A stretch of 34,384 bases of DNA from Nitrospirota bacterium (GCA_037916085.1 JBAIYC010000456.1:1-34384), one strand, 5' to 3'. Positions 1-9,497 are shown, counted from the first letter of the stretch. A program made the numbers and translations. Notes: generated by a model from the letters alone, not told the origin.

Positions 1-20
1 CTGCCGGTTGAGGAGTGAAC

Positions 21-1370
21 ATGTCCAAGAGCATTCTGATCGTGGAAGACGAAGAAACGCTGAGGGAGTCGATCAAGCGGATCTTCACGAAGGAAGGGTA
101 CGTAGTCGAGGCTGTGGATTCGGCCGAACGGGGCCTGGCCCTACTGGAGTCGAACCTCTACGATGTCATCATCTCCGATATCATCCTCCCGGGCATGGAC
201 GGGATTGAGATGCTGACCAAGGTGAGGGAGCACCTGCCGGACCAGATCTTCATCATCGTGACGGCCTATGCCTCCCTCGACACGTCCGTGAAGGCCCTTC
301 GCGCCGGGGCCTACGACTACATCATGAAGCCGATCATCCACGAGGAGATTAAGCAGGTGGTCCGGAATGCGCTCCGTCAGAAGACCCTGCAGGCGGAGAA
401 CGTGCTGCTCAAGCGCGAGATCGCCAGGGAACACGATTTCAGCAGCATCATCGGCGAGAGCCCCGCGCTCAAGAGCATCCTCGCCGAGGTGAAGAAAGTG
501 ACGGACACGCGCAGCAACGTCCTGCTCCTGGGCGAGACCGGAACGGGCAAGGAGCTCTTTGCGAGGGTGATCCATCACAACAGCTCGCGCCGGGACATGC
601 CTTTCGTCCCCATCAACTGCTCAGCCATCCCGGAGAACCTGCTGGAGACCGAGCTCTTCGGCCACGTGCGGGGCGCGTTCACGGGTGCGGTCGCATCCAA
701 GAAGGGGCTCCTCGAGGAGGCGGAGGGAGGGACGGTGTTCCTCGACGAGATCGGCGACATGGGTCTTCCGCTCCAGGCCAAGGTGCTCCGCGTCATCGAG
801 GACCAGGTGATCCGCCCCGTGGGGAGCACGAAGGGGACGAAAGCGGACATCCGCTTCATTACCGCCACGAACCGGGACCTTCGCGCCGCAGTGCGTGACG
901 GCGTCTTCCGCGAGGACCTCTATTACCGCATCAACGTCATCACGCTCCAGATCCCGCCGCTCCGCGAGCGGAAGGATGACATCCGGTCCCTCGTCCGGTA
1001 CTACCTCGATCGCTACAGTCAGGATATGGGAAAGATGGTGCGCGAGATCGAACCTCCGGCCCTGGAAATGATGGTGAACTACCTGTGGCCGGGCAACGTC
1101 CGGGAACTCCAGAACGTCGTGGAACGGGCCATCATCATCGCTGACGGCGACTGTATTACCGCCGACTGCCTCCCCGAGGGCATCAAGGGAGACGGGTCGT
1201 TCCACGAGGAGGTCTTCGACAAGAAGCTCACCATCGAGGACTACACGAAGGCCTTTATCGTGAGGTACCAGAAGCAGTTCAACGAGCAGCAGATCGCCGA
1301 CATGCTGGGGATCACGCGCAAGTCGCTCTGGGAGAAGCGGAAGAAGTGGGGGATTCCGAGGGAGCGATAG
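21..1370 (+). CDS. Sigma54-dependent response regulator (NtrC/AtoC family: receiver + AAA+ + C-terminal HTH)
   Basis: Receiver (ILIVEDE...DIILPGMDG), Walker A GETGTGKE, intact GAFTGA loop, Walker B VFLDEIG, WPGNVRELQN, Fis-like HTH (IADMLGITRKSLWEK). ATG at 21 follows AGGAG. Confidence 0.95.
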   Translation: MSKSILIVEDEETLRESIKRIFTKEGYVVEAVDSAERGLALLESNLYDVIISDIILPGMDGIEMLTKVREHLPDQIFIIVTAYASLDTSVKALRAGAYDYIMKPIIHEEIKQVVRNALRQKTLQAENVLLKREIAREHDFSSIIGESPALKSILAEVKKVTDTRSNVLLLGETGTGKELFARVIHHNSSRRDMPFVPINCSAIPENLLETELFGHVRGAFTGAVASKKGLLEEAEGGTVFLDEIGDMGLPLQAKVLRVIEDQVIRPVGSTKGTKADIRFITATNRDLRAAVRDGVFREDLYYRINVITLQIPPLRERKDDIRSLVRYYLDRYSQDMGKMVREIEPPALEMMVNYLWPGNVRELQNVVERAIIIADGDCITADCLPEGIKGDGSFHEEVFDKKLTIEDYTKAFIVRYQKQFNEQQIADMLGITRKSLWEKRKKWGIPRER

Positions 1371-1484
1371 GAACGGGTTGATTGCCCATGTGCCGGATGC
1401 ATACGTGATTCATGGGGCCGCGTTTGCCTTTTCGGACAGATGCGGCTTTGCTGTTTTGAGGCATCTTCGAGGGCAACGTTACTC

Positions 1485-1513
1485 TTGCAATTCGCACGAT
1501 CCTGTACTATCTT
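1485..1513 (+). promoter_or_regulatory. Putative sigma70 promoter
   Basis: TTGCAA (1485-1490), 17 bp spacer, TATCTT (1508-1513) in the intergenic region before the IMPase gene. Confidence 0.45.
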
Positions 1514-1709
1514 CGTGACAGGAAAGCGAGGCCCGGTTCGAGCTCGCTTCCAGGAAGAGCGGCGATGTCTGCTGGGAACGGGCCCGGTAGAGGAGAGGGG
1601 CAGGGGCTGAGTTTTGGCCGCGACCCCAGCGGGAGCCGCGGATCCAGGCTTGATTCTGGCGTTGAGAGAGATTCAATGCCACATCCCTGATCTTATTTCA
1701 TGATCGGAA

Positions 1710-2528
1710 GTGAACGTGGACAATCAACAATGGCTGGAAGTGTTTCAGACGATCGGACGCAGGATGGCGGTCGGAATCGCCGAGTTCCTCTCCCGCGAAG
1801 GCGGAAAAGTGGCCCTCGGGAAGGGCGCAGGGGGGGACAGGACCTTTCCTGTTGACAGGTGGGCAGAGGATATCATCATCGCCGCGCTCGAAGATGTCCA
1901 TCGAAGCGGCGAGCCGTTTACGCTGGTCTCGGAAGAGGCGGGCGTCCGGAAGTTCGGCGAGGGGAAAGCGGTTGTGCTCGTCGACCCCATCGACGGGAGC
2001 AACAATGCGAAGAACGGGGTGCCGTTCTATGCCACCTCCCTCGCGCTGCTTTCCGACGACAAACTGTCCGATCTGGCCGTGGGGTACGTCATGAACCTAG
2101 CGAGCGGCGACGAGTTCTGGGCGGTCCGAGGCCGCGGGGCGTATAAGAACGGATCGCGGGTCAGGACGCCGGCGACCGACAGCATCACGATCGTGGCCTA
2201 TGAGGCATCGAGACCGGAGACGGACATTCCACGCGTTCTGCCGCTCCTTCAGGCCGCGAAACGCACACGGTGCTTCGGTTCGACGGCGTTGGACCTCGCC
2301 TACCTCGCGTCGGGGGCCATCAGCGTTTTTACGACGGCCACTGCGTCGAGGACCTTCGACTACGCGGCCGGCATGCTGATCCTTGAAGAGGCGGACGGCG
2401 TGATCACCGATATCGAGGGAATATCGCTCGACCACATCACGGCGGGCCTGGACCGGACCGTGCCGCTTCTCGCGACCAAGAACGACGCAACGCATGTGCG
2501 GGCGCTGTCGCTGCTTTCTGGCCGGTAA
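1710..2528 (+). CDS. Inositol monophosphatase / FBPase-IMPase family protein
   Basis: GxGAGGD...VDRWAE, VSEE, VDPIDGS metal-binding motif, GSTALDLAYLA, DYAAG. GTG start at 1710 or 1716. Confidence 0.88.
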   Translation: MNVDNQQWLEVFQTIGRRMAVGIAEFLSREGGKVALGKGAGGDRTFPVDRWAEDIIIAALEDVHRSGEPFTLVSEEAGVRKFGEGKAVVLVDPIDGSNNAKNGVPFYATSLALLSDDKLSDLAVGYVMNLASGDEFWAVRGRGAYKNGSRVRTPATDSITIVAYEASRPETDIPRVLPLLQAAKRTRCFGSTALDLAYLASGAISVFTTATASRTFDYAAGMLILEEADGVITDIEGISLDHITAGLDRTVPLLATKNDATHVRALSLLSGR

Positions 2529-2538
2529 GGCCGCAGTA

Positions 2539-2567
2539 TTGACATCCCCGGTGAATTATGTAATCAT
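2539..2567 (+). promoter_or_regulatory. Putative sigma70 promoter of the MglA-like gene
   Basis: TTGACA (2539-2544), 17 bp spacer, TG-n-AATCAT (-10 at 2562-2567). Confidence 0.55.
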
Positions 2568-2573
2568 GCATTT

Positions 2574-3503
2574 ATGGCACTAGTGAACCACACGACCCGC
2601 GAGATCAACGCGAAGATCGTCTACTACGGGCCCGGTCTCTCGGGAAAGACCACCAATATCCATTTCATCTACCATCGTATCTCTCCGACGCAGCGAGGCA
2701 AGCTTATTTCGCTCGCAACGGAGATGGACCGGACGCTCTTCTTCGACTTTCTGCCCGTGGAACTTGGCTCCGTAAAAGGCTACCGCGTCCGGTTCCACCT
2801 CTATACAGTGCCCGGCCAGGTCTTCTACAACGCCACGCGCAAACTCGTGCTGAAGGGCGCTGACGGTGTCATCTTTGTCGCCGATTCCCAGCGGTCGATG
2901 CTCGACGCGAACTTGGAGAGCCTGTCGAACCTCCACGACAACTTCGCCGAGATGGGCATCGACCTCTCGGATTTCCCCGCTGTGCTGCAGTTCAACAAGC
3001 GCGATCTGCCTGACGTGATGACCCTGGACGAGATGAATGCCAAATTGAATCCCCGGAAGGTGCCATTCTACGAGGCGGTCGCCATGAACGGGGACGGTGT
3101 GCTCAAGACCTTCGCCGCCATCTCAAAGCTCGTGCTCCAGGACATGCAGAAGCACCCCGAGCGGCATAATTTCTCCGTCGGTGACATCGCGGAAAAATCC
3201 GAGGAGCCGGCGCCGGCATCGCCGCTCCCGATGCCGTTACCGGCAGCGTCAGCGGAACCGACGCTGCCTGACGCGCCTCTTGCCGAGGCGAAACCGGAGA
3301 TAGCTGCGCTCGAAAAAACGGTCGAGCGTGGTTTCCGGGTCGAACTCGGCAAGGCCGCGCTCGAGGAAGGGCAAATCGTTCTTCCCTTCGAGCTCCGGTC
3401 GCGGGAGGTGAAGGAAAAGTATCAGCTCCGCGTGACGATCAATGCAAACGAACCGGCTTCCAAGCGGTTCAAAGTGCTCGTCAAGGGCTTCAAGACGGAG
3501 TAG
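2574..3503 (+). CDS. MglA-family small GTPase with C-terminal extension
   Basis: REINAKIVYYGPGLSGKTTN (G1), RTLFFDFLP, YTVPGQ (MglA-type G3), NKRD (G4); then a Pro/Ala-rich linker and an extra C-terminal segment. Confidence 0.9.
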   Translation: MALVNHTTREINAKIVYYGPGLSGKTTNIHFIYHRISPTQRGKLISLATEMDRTLFFDFLPVELGSVKGYRVRFHLYTVPGQVFYNATRKLVLKGADGVIFVADSQRSMLDANLESLSNLHDNFAEMGIDLSDFPAVLQFNKRDLPDVMTLDEMNAKLNPRKVPFYEAVAMNGDGVLKTFAAISKLVLQDMQKHPERHNFSVGDIAEKSEEPAPASPLPMPLPAASAEPTLPDAPLAEAKPEIAALEKTVERGFRVELGKAALEEGQIVLPFELRSREVKEKYQLRVTINANEPASKRFKVLVKGFKTE

Positions 3504-3526
3504 CCCATGAACGGCCTGAGGCTCCC

Positions 3527-4216
3527 ATGTCCAAGGTAACCGCATTGATCCCGGCGGCCGGGATGGGCAGGAGAATGGGGCGGGCCGTTGCGAAGCAGTT
3601 CCTACCTCTCGGCGACAAGCCGATGCTCGCCCACACGCTCCTCGCCTTTCAGCGGTCGACCGATGTCGATGAGATCATCCCCATCCTATCCGAAGACGAT
3701 ATGGAACACTGCCTGCGGGACGTGATCGAGGCGTTCCATATCACGAAGGTGAAGACGCTCGTAGTGGGGGGCAGAGAACGGCAGGACTCGGTCTATAACG
3801 GGATCAATAGGCTTGAAAAGGACGCCGCCGTGGTGCTCGTGCACGACGGTGTCAGACCTTTCGTGACCGCTGCAATGATCAAGGAGTGCGTCGACCGCGC
3901 GCGGAAAGGCGAGTGCGTCGCAGTCGGCGTCCCCTTGAAGGATACGATCAAGGAGGTAGGCGACGACGGCTCGGTGCGACGGACCTTGGAGCGCAGCAGG
4001 CTCTGGGCCATTCAGACCCCCCAGGCGTTCCCCGCCAAGGTCCTGAAGAAGGCCTATGAGGAGTGCTATAAGAAGAAGATCGTGGGAACCGACGACGCGA
4101 TGCTCGCGGAGCGAGCCGGAAACAGGGTAAGGGTGATCATGGGCAGCTACGAGAACATTAAAATCACGACCCCTGAAGATCTGGTCCTTGCTGAGGAGAT
4201 ATTGAAGAGACGATGA
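3527..4216 (+). CDS. ispD: 2-C-methyl-D-erythritol 4-phosphate cytidylyltransferase
   Basis: [50 protein letters not shown]; adjacent to ispF. Confidence 0.96.
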   Translation: MSKVTALIPAAGMGRRMGRAVAKQFLPLGDKPMLAHTLLAFQRSTDVDEIIPILSEDDMEHCLRDVIEAFHITKVKTLVVGGRERQDSVYNGINRLEKDAAVVLVHDGVRPFVTAAMIKECVDRARKGECVAVGVPLKDTIKEVGDDGSVRRTLERSRLWAIQTPQAFPAKVLKKAYEECYKKKIVGTDDAMLAERAGNRVRVIMGSYENIKITTPEDLVLAEEILKRR

Positions 4217-4692
4217 CGATGCGGATCGGGACAGGATATGACGTCCATCGCCTCGTAGCCGGGAGGAAGCTCATCGTCGGAGGCGTGGACATCCCCCATG
4301 AACAGGGGCTGCTCGGGCACTCCGATGCGGATGTGCTGCTCCATGCGATCTGCGATGCCCTTCTCGGCGCGGCCGGCATGGGCGACATCGGCAAGCATTT
4401 TCCGGACACCGATCCCGCGTATAAGGGAATATCGAGTCTTGCACTTCTTGCGGAAGTGCGGCGTCTTATTGCACGTTCGGAATATCATGTGAACAACATA
4501 GATGCCACGATCGTCGCCGAACGCCCGAAGATGTCGGCCTATATTCCCGAAATGGTCGCGAACGTCGCTGCGGCGGCTGGCGCCGACCCGTCGGCGGTGA
4601 ACATCAAGGCGACAACGACGGAAGGACTCGGTTTTGCCGGCAGGGGAGAAGGGATCGCCGCCTATGCTGTCTGCACGATCGCCAGGCCCTGA
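4213..4692 (+). CDS. ispF: 2-C-methyl-D-erythritol 2,4-cyclodiphosphate synthase
   Basis: [46 protein letters not shown]; ATGA overlap with the ispD stop. Confidence 0.97.
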   Translation: MTMRIGTGYDVHRLVAGRKLIVGGVDIPHEQGLLGHSDADVLLHAICDALLGAAGMGDIGKHFPDTDPAYKGISSLALLAEVRRLIARSEYHVNNIDATIVAERPKMSAYIPEMVANVAAAAGADPSAVNIKATTTEGLGFAGRGEGIAAYAVCTIARP

Positions 4693-4720
4693 TCGTAGTG
4701 ATCGTGAGGAAGGAGGGAAC

Positions 4721-5290
4721 ATGAACGGAATCTTCAAAAGAAGGGGGCTTCTGTTTGTTGCAGCTGTCCTCTTTTTGTGCGTCACCGCCTTCGCGCAGGA
4801 GGAGAGCGGGGGACTCTATAAATGGACTGACAAGGACGGCGTTGTCCATGTGACGGACAGCTTGGACAAGGTGCCGAAGGAGTATCGTACCAAGATCCAG
4901 CAGCCCGAGCAGGGAGCAACACGCGGTAATGTTGAGATCGAATCACAATCGCCTGCGACGTCTCCGTCGCCGGTCCAAGGAAGCGGCAACGACGCCGCGC
5001 TCAAGGCCCAGTGGCAGTCAAGGATGCTCAACGCCAAACGCCAACTGCAGTATGCCGAGGAAAAATACCAGCAGCTGTATAAACGCAAGAACGACCTTCA
5101 AGCTCAGTGGGGTTCTTATGGCCCGGCGCTGCCTCCCCAGCAGGTACTGGACGAGATGAAACAGCTGGACAATGAGATGGCGAACGCAAAATCAGAGATA
5201 GACAGTGCCCGAGATCAGATCGACAACGTTATCCCTGACGAGGCACGACGGGCAGGCGTGCCACCCGGCTGGCTCCGAGAGGTCGAGTGA
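4721..5290 (+). CDS. Exported DUF4124-like protein with coiled-coil C-terminus
   Basis: ATG 4721 after AGGAGG; signal-peptide-like N-terminus ending AFA; LYKWTDKDGVVHVTD motif; helical C-terminus ending DEARRAGVPPGWLR. Confidence 0.8.
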   Translation: MNGIFKRRGLLFVAAVLFLCVTAFAQEESGGLYKWTDKDGVVHVTDSLDKVPKEYRTKIQQPEQGATRGNVEIESQSPATSPSPVQGSGNDAALKAQWQSRMLNAKRQLQYAEEKYQQLYKRKNDLQAQWGSYGPALPPQQVLDEMKQLDNEMANAKSEIDSARDQIDNVIPDEARRAGVPPGWLREVE

Positions 5291-5329
5291 AGATGATCAA
5301 AGAAGTCTCCGCCAGAAGACAGTTTGCAA

Positions 5330-5989
5330 ATGAGTGACACGATACGAAAGATCCGGAAGGACTTCCGTGCAGCATTATCCATGGACCCGGCTGCCACAAG
5401 CAAGTGGGAAGTGGCGCTTACGTATTCGGGGTTCCACGCACTGCTTCTCTCCCGGCTTGCGCACTGGCTGTGGAAACGCCGCGTACCGTTTGTTCCTCGT
5501 GCGTTGTCGCAGTTCGCGCGGTTCCTCACTGGTATCGAGATCCATCCCGGTGCGACGATCGGGGCGGGGCTGTTCATCGACCACGGAATGGGCGTTGTCA
5601 TCGGCGAGACCACCGAGATCGGCGATAACGTCACTTTGTTCCAGGGCGTGACCTTGGGCGGCACGGGAAAACAACGCGGCAAACGTCACCCCACTCTGGG
5701 CAGCCATGTGGTTGTTGGCGCGGGGGCCAAGGTGCTGGGTCCCATCACCATTGGGGACTATGTCAAGATCGGCGCGAACTCGGTGGTGCTCCAGGACGTC
5801 CCGGACCATTCCACGGTCGTCGGCATTCCTGGCAGGATCGTGCGGATCAAGGATGAGCGTGTCGCCGACGAGGCTCTCATGGACCACATTCATATCCCTG
5901 ATCCGATTGCGGACAGATTCATCGATCTTCAGGTTCAGATTGACGCTTTGAAAAAGGAACTGGAGAACATCAAAGAAACGGGACGTTAG
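5330..5989 (+). CDS. cysE: Serine O-acetyltransferase
   Basis: [49 protein letters not shown] hexapeptide-repeat region. Start (ATG 5330) is approximate. Confidence 0.95.
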   Translation: MSDTIRKIRKDFRAALSMDPAATSKWEVALTYSGFHALLLSRLAHWLWKRRVPFVPRALSQFARFLTGIEIHPGATIGAGLFIDHGMGVVIGETTEIGDNVTLFQGVTLGGTGKQRGKRHPTLGSHVVVGAGAKVLGPITIGDYVKIGANSVVLQDVPDHSTVVGIPGRIVRIKDERVADEALMDHIHIPDPIADRFIDLQVQIDALKKELENIKETGR

Positions 5990-6053
5990 ATCCACAGCAA
6001 GATCGATATTGTCCTTTGCGTGGAGCCGTTCTTTCCCACCGCTCTCATCCTTC

Positions 6054-6479
6054 TTATTCGTTCACGATTCGGTAGCTGTGCGTGATCGTCCCCGCCTTCG
6101 CGAGGGTCGCTCCGACGGAACAGTACTTGTCCAAGGACAGTTCAATGGCCCGTTCGACCGCATCAGCCTGGACGTCCTTCCCCGTGACGACATACTCGAT
6201 GTGGACCTTTCTGTAGATCTTCGGATAGTCCTCTGATTTTTCTCCCTTCACGTTCATCTCGAGCCCGGAAACGGCCTGTCGCTTCTTTCGAAGGATCGAG
6301 ATGACATCCATGCCCGTGCATCCGCCAAAGCCTACGAGCAACAGTTCCATAGGACGGAAACCGCTGTTGTGCCCTCCTGCAGCATCATCGGCGTCCATGA
6401 GGAGGGAATGACCGGAACTTGCCCTTCCGCTGAACTCCATATCCGTTTCTTTTGTCAGCCTTACCTTTGCTTCAACCAT
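6054..6479 (-). CDS. OsmC/YhfA-family protein
   Basis: RPMELLLVGFGGCTGMDV and SLDKYCSVG carry the two conserved Cys; ATG at 6479 preceded by GGAGG. The longer ORF start at 6608 runs through AT-rich non-coding DNA. Confidence 0.9.
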   Translation of the reverse strand: MVEAKVRLTKETDMEFSGRASSGHSLLMDADDAAGGHNSGFRPMELLLVGFGGCTGMDVISILRKKRQAVSGLEMNVKGEKSEDYPKIYRKVHIEYVVTGKDVQADAVERAIELSLDKYCSVGATLAKAGTITHSYRIVNE

Positions 6480-6602
6480 GTTTGTCCTCCCGTGCATAGA
6501 AAGTGATGTGATGATAGCACAAATCCCGAAAATCCATACATGCGTTTTAGGTGATAATGCCAAAAAATACCGCCCCGAATTTTGTGAACGTATATTATTC
6601 AA

Positions 6603-6615
6603 TATCAAAATGTTA
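6603..6615 (+). promoter_or_regulatory. IHF-consensus site 1
   Basis: TATCAAAATGTTA matches WATCAANNNNTTR. Confidence 0.4.
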
Positions 6616-6635
6616 TCTATGGATAGACATCTATG

Positions 6636-6653
6636 TTTGGTATAGTTACCAAA
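6636..6653. promoter_or_regulatory. Perfect palindrome, candidate transcription-factor/enhancer site
   Basis: TTTGGTA-tagt-TACCAAA, about 85-100 bp upstream of the sigma54 motif. Confidence 0.4.
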
Positions 6654-6686
6654 AGAACATCATAATGACAAGATTTGTAATTTATT

Positions 6687-6699
6687 TAACATTCTGATT
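6687..6699 (-). promoter_or_regulatory. IHF-consensus site 2
   Basis: Minus strand AATCAGAATGTTA matches WATCARNNNNTTR; lies between the palindrome and the sigma54 motif. Confidence 0.4.
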
Positions 6700-6736
6700 A
6701 TACAATGAATAAATTGTGTAATTATACAACTGGCAC

Positions 6737-6752
6737 TGGCAATATAATTGCA
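6737..6752 (+). promoter_or_regulatory. Putative sigma54 (-24/-12) promoter facing dsrA
   Basis: TGGCAA-TATAA-TTGCA versus consensus TGGCAC-N5-TTGCW; correct GG-N10-GC spacing, one mismatch. Confidence 0.55.
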
Positions 6753-6856
6753 CACTGATATGTTTCATGTTGTGTTAGTATTCAAACTCAAGAATTACCA
6801 ATAGTTACACAAATCTATCGTGATTAGGTGTTTATGAGACAATAAGTTTTTCTTAT

Positions 6857-6885
6857 TTGACAAAAGAAGTCCTTTGCTGAATACT
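6857..6885 (+). promoter_or_regulatory. Putative sigma70 promoter facing dsrA
   Basis: TTGACA (6857-6862), 17 bp spacer, AATACT (6880-6885). Confidence 0.5.
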
Positions 6886-7186
6886 TCACTACCTCTTAAG
6901 CATAAACATGTGCATTTGCTTTGAGCACCTCTGCATCATTTGTTGCGGCATATCATCTCTTTTTCGACATCCGTGAATATCGCTTCCGCATGACCGACTC
7001 AGCGTGGGAAATGCGGCTTGCGTACTTAATTCATACCATCTGCAGCGAAAGGGGGAGGCCTCATCACGCATATCTGAACACAGCCGTAAGCGATCCCAGT
7101 AATACTCCAGATACGACGCCGATGCAGCGGTTTTTTGCAGCACATCCCACAATTCATTCAGCACAATTCCTGAAGGAGGGTTCCAC

Positions 7187-8365
7187 ATGAGCAAAGATGC
7201 AAAGACACCAATGCTTGACGAGCTCGAAAAAGGTCAGTGGCCGAGTTTTGTGAAAGAGATCAAGAAGGCCGCAAAGAAGAGCAATACGGCACAGGACCTG
7301 CTCGGCATACTGGAGAGATCCTACAAGGACAAGGTCACCCACTGGAAGCATGGCGGTATCGTGGGCGTCCTCGGTTACGGCGGCGGCGTCATCGGCCGCT
7401 ACTGCGACCTTCCTGAAGAGTTCCCCGGTGTGGCACATTTCCATACCGTGCGCGTCAATCCGCCGTCAGCATTCTTCTATACCTCAAAGGCTATGAAAGA
7501 GCTGTGTGACATCTGGGACAAGTATGGCAGCGGCCTCACCAACCTGCACGGTTCCACGGGCGACCTCGTGTGGCTCGGCACCCAGACCGACAAGCTGGAG
7601 CCCATCTTCTCGGAGATCACGGCGAAGGGCTGGGACCTGGGAGGTTCCGGCTCCTGCCTCCGTACCCCGAGCTCCTGCGTCGGCATGGCCCGCTGCGAGT
7701 TCGCGAACATCGACACCATGTCGATCTGCCACGAAATGACCCACGCGTTCCAGGACGAGCTCCATCGTCCGGCATTCCCCTACAAGTTCAAGATCAAGGT
7801 CTCCGGCTGCGCCAACGACTGCACCGCGTCGATCGCCCGCGCCGACCTGTCGATCATCGGCACATGGAAGGACAATATCCGGATCGACCAGGCTGAGGTG
7901 AAGAACTATGCCAAGAGCATGAACATCGCCGAAGAGGTCGTTGGGATGTGCCCGACCAAGTGCATGAGCTTCGACGGCAGCAGCCTGAAGATCAACGACA
8001 AGGACTGCAACCGCTGCATGAACTGCATCAACCGGATGCCGAAGGCTCTCCGCCCTGGCATGGAGAAGGGTGCAACCATCATGCTCGGCGGCAAGGCCCC
8101 GATCGTGACCGGCGCGCTCATGAGCTGGGTCATTGTCCCGTTCATGAAGCTCGAAGCCCCCTATGACAACCTGAAAGACCTGATCCGCAAGGCTTGGGAG
8201 TGGTGGGATGACAACGGCAAGAACCGCGAGCGTATCGGTGAGCTCGTCGACCGCCTCGGCATGCGCTCCTTCCTCGAGGCAACTGGTCTTCCGCCCGTGC
8301 CGCAGATGGTGAAGGCACCGAGGACCAACCCGTACGTGTTCTGGGCACCGGGTGAAGTGAAGTAA
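7187..8365 (+). CDS. dsrA: Dissimilatory sulfite reductase alpha subunit (reductive type)
   Basis: [37 protein letters not shown], siroheme/[4Fe-4S] ligands CVGMARC and [15 protein letters not shown], ferredoxin domain CPTKC/CNRCMNC; AAGGAGG RBS. Confidence 0.98.
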   Translation: MSKDAKTPMLDELEKGQWPSFVKEIKKAAKKSNTAQDLLGILERSYKDKVTHWKHGGIVGVLGYGGGVIGRYCDLPEEFPGVAHFHTVRVNPPSAFFYTSKAMKELCDIWDKYGSGLTNLHGSTGDLVWLGTQTDKLEPIFSEITAKGWDLGGSGSCLRTPSSCVGMARCEFANIDTMSICHEMTHAFQDELHRPAFPYKFKIKVSGCANDCTASIARADLSIIGTWKDNIRIDQAEVKNYAKSMNIAEEVVGMCPTKCMSFDGSSLKINDKDCNRCMNCINRMPKALRPGMEKGATIMLGGKAPIVTGALMSWVIVPFMKLEAPYDNLKDLIRKAWEWWDDNGKNRERIGELVDRLGMRSFLEATGLPPVPQMVKAPRTNPYVFWAPGEVK

Positions 8366-8412
8366 TCTCTCACACTACCTATCGAGAATTCTATCAAGGA
8401 GGAAGACCTAGA

Positions 8413-9486
8413 ATGGCTGACAAACCGAAGAGAATAACGGACCTTGGTTCACCCGATTATCATAAATTCCTTCCCCCGGTGATCGCGAAGAACTACGGGA
8501 AGTGGAAGTATCATGAAGTCATCAACCACGGAACGATGAAGCACGTCTCTGAGACGGGTGACGAACTCTACACCGTCCGCATGGCCACGCCGCGCCTCGT
8601 GAGCACGGACTTCATTCGCGAGATGTGCGACATCGCGGAGAAGTACAGCGGCGGCCATCTCCGCTGGACGACCCGCCACAACGTCGAGTTCTTTCCCGAG
8701 AAGGGACAGGTGGACGCCCTGGTCGCCGACCTCAAGAAGCGTGGCCACCTCGTGGGCGGCATCGGCTACGGTATCAGCAACGTGGTGCATACGCAGGGCT
8801 GGGTGCACTGCCACACGCCCGCGACCGACGCCTCCGGCGTCGTGAAGGCGGTCATGGATGAGCTGCATGAGTACTTCACGACCAAGAGCCTTCCGGCACG
8901 CGTCAGGATCGCGCTCGCCTGCTGTCTGAACATGTGCGGCGCCGTGCACTGCTCCGACATCTCGATCCTCGGCATCCACCGCGTGCCTCCCAAGGTGAAC
9001 GAGGCGACGCTCGCGAACCAGTGCGAGATCCCGACGACCATCGCCTCCTGCCCCACGGGCGCCATCAGCCCGAACCCGGCGACGAAGGCCGTGAAGATCA
9101 AGGAAGAGCGCTGCATGTACTGTGGCAACTGCTATACGATGTGTCCTTCTCTCCCGATCGCAGATGGCCACGGAGACGGTATCTCCATCTGGGTGGGCGG
9201 CAAGGTGTCGAACGCCCGCGGCGTACCCCGCATGTCGAAGCTGGCGATCCCGTTCCTCCCGAATAATCCGCCGCGCTGGCCAGAGGTCGTGAAGGCCGTG
9301 AAACACCTCGTCGAGGTCTATGCGGCGAACGCGAAGAAGCACGAGCGCATGGGCGAGTGGATCGAGCGGATCGGGTGGGAGCGGTTCTTCAAGCTCACCG
9401 GCCTGCCGTTCACGTATCAGCACATCGACGACTTCACCTTTGCGCGCGATACGTTCCGGATGACCCCCACCTTCAAGTGGGAATAG
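8413..9486 (+). CDS. dsrB: Dissimilatory sulfite reductase beta subunit
   Basis: [75 protein letters not shown]. Confidence 0.98.
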   Translation: MADKPKRITDLGSPDYHKFLPPVIAKNYGKWKYHEVINHGTMKHVSETGDELYTVRMATPRLVSTDFIREMCDIAEKYSGGHLRWTTRHNVEFFPEKGQVDALVADLKKRGHLVGGIGYGISNVVHTQGWVHCHTPATDASGVVKAVMDELHEYFTTKSLPARVRIALACCLNMCGAVHCSDISILGIHRVPPKVNEATLANQCEIPTTIASCPTGAISPNPATKAVKIKEERCMYCGNCYTMCPSLPIADGHGDGISIWVGGKVSNARGVPRMSKLAIPFLPNNPPRWPEVVKAVKHLVEVYAANAKKHERMGEWIERIGWERFFKLTGLPFTYQHIDDFTFARDTFRMTPTFKWE

Positions 9487-9497
9487 TGTGTTGTGAT

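Noticed and set aside
6874-6891. Possible Rex operator TTGCTGAATACTTCACTA over the sigma70 -10
   Set aside because: Only 10 of 14 positions match TTGTGAA-N4-TTCACAA and the left half-site is poor; cannot be supported without a PWM.
6480-6900. AT-rich island as horizontally acquired DNA or replication origin
   Set aside because: No mobile-element ends, integrase or DnaA-box cluster seen; explained as a divergent promoter region.
6921-7190. 89-aa ORF overlapping the dsrA start (and antisense 6889-7194)
   Set aside because: TTG start without a clear RBS, atypical composition, no recognisable motif; more likely leader sequence.
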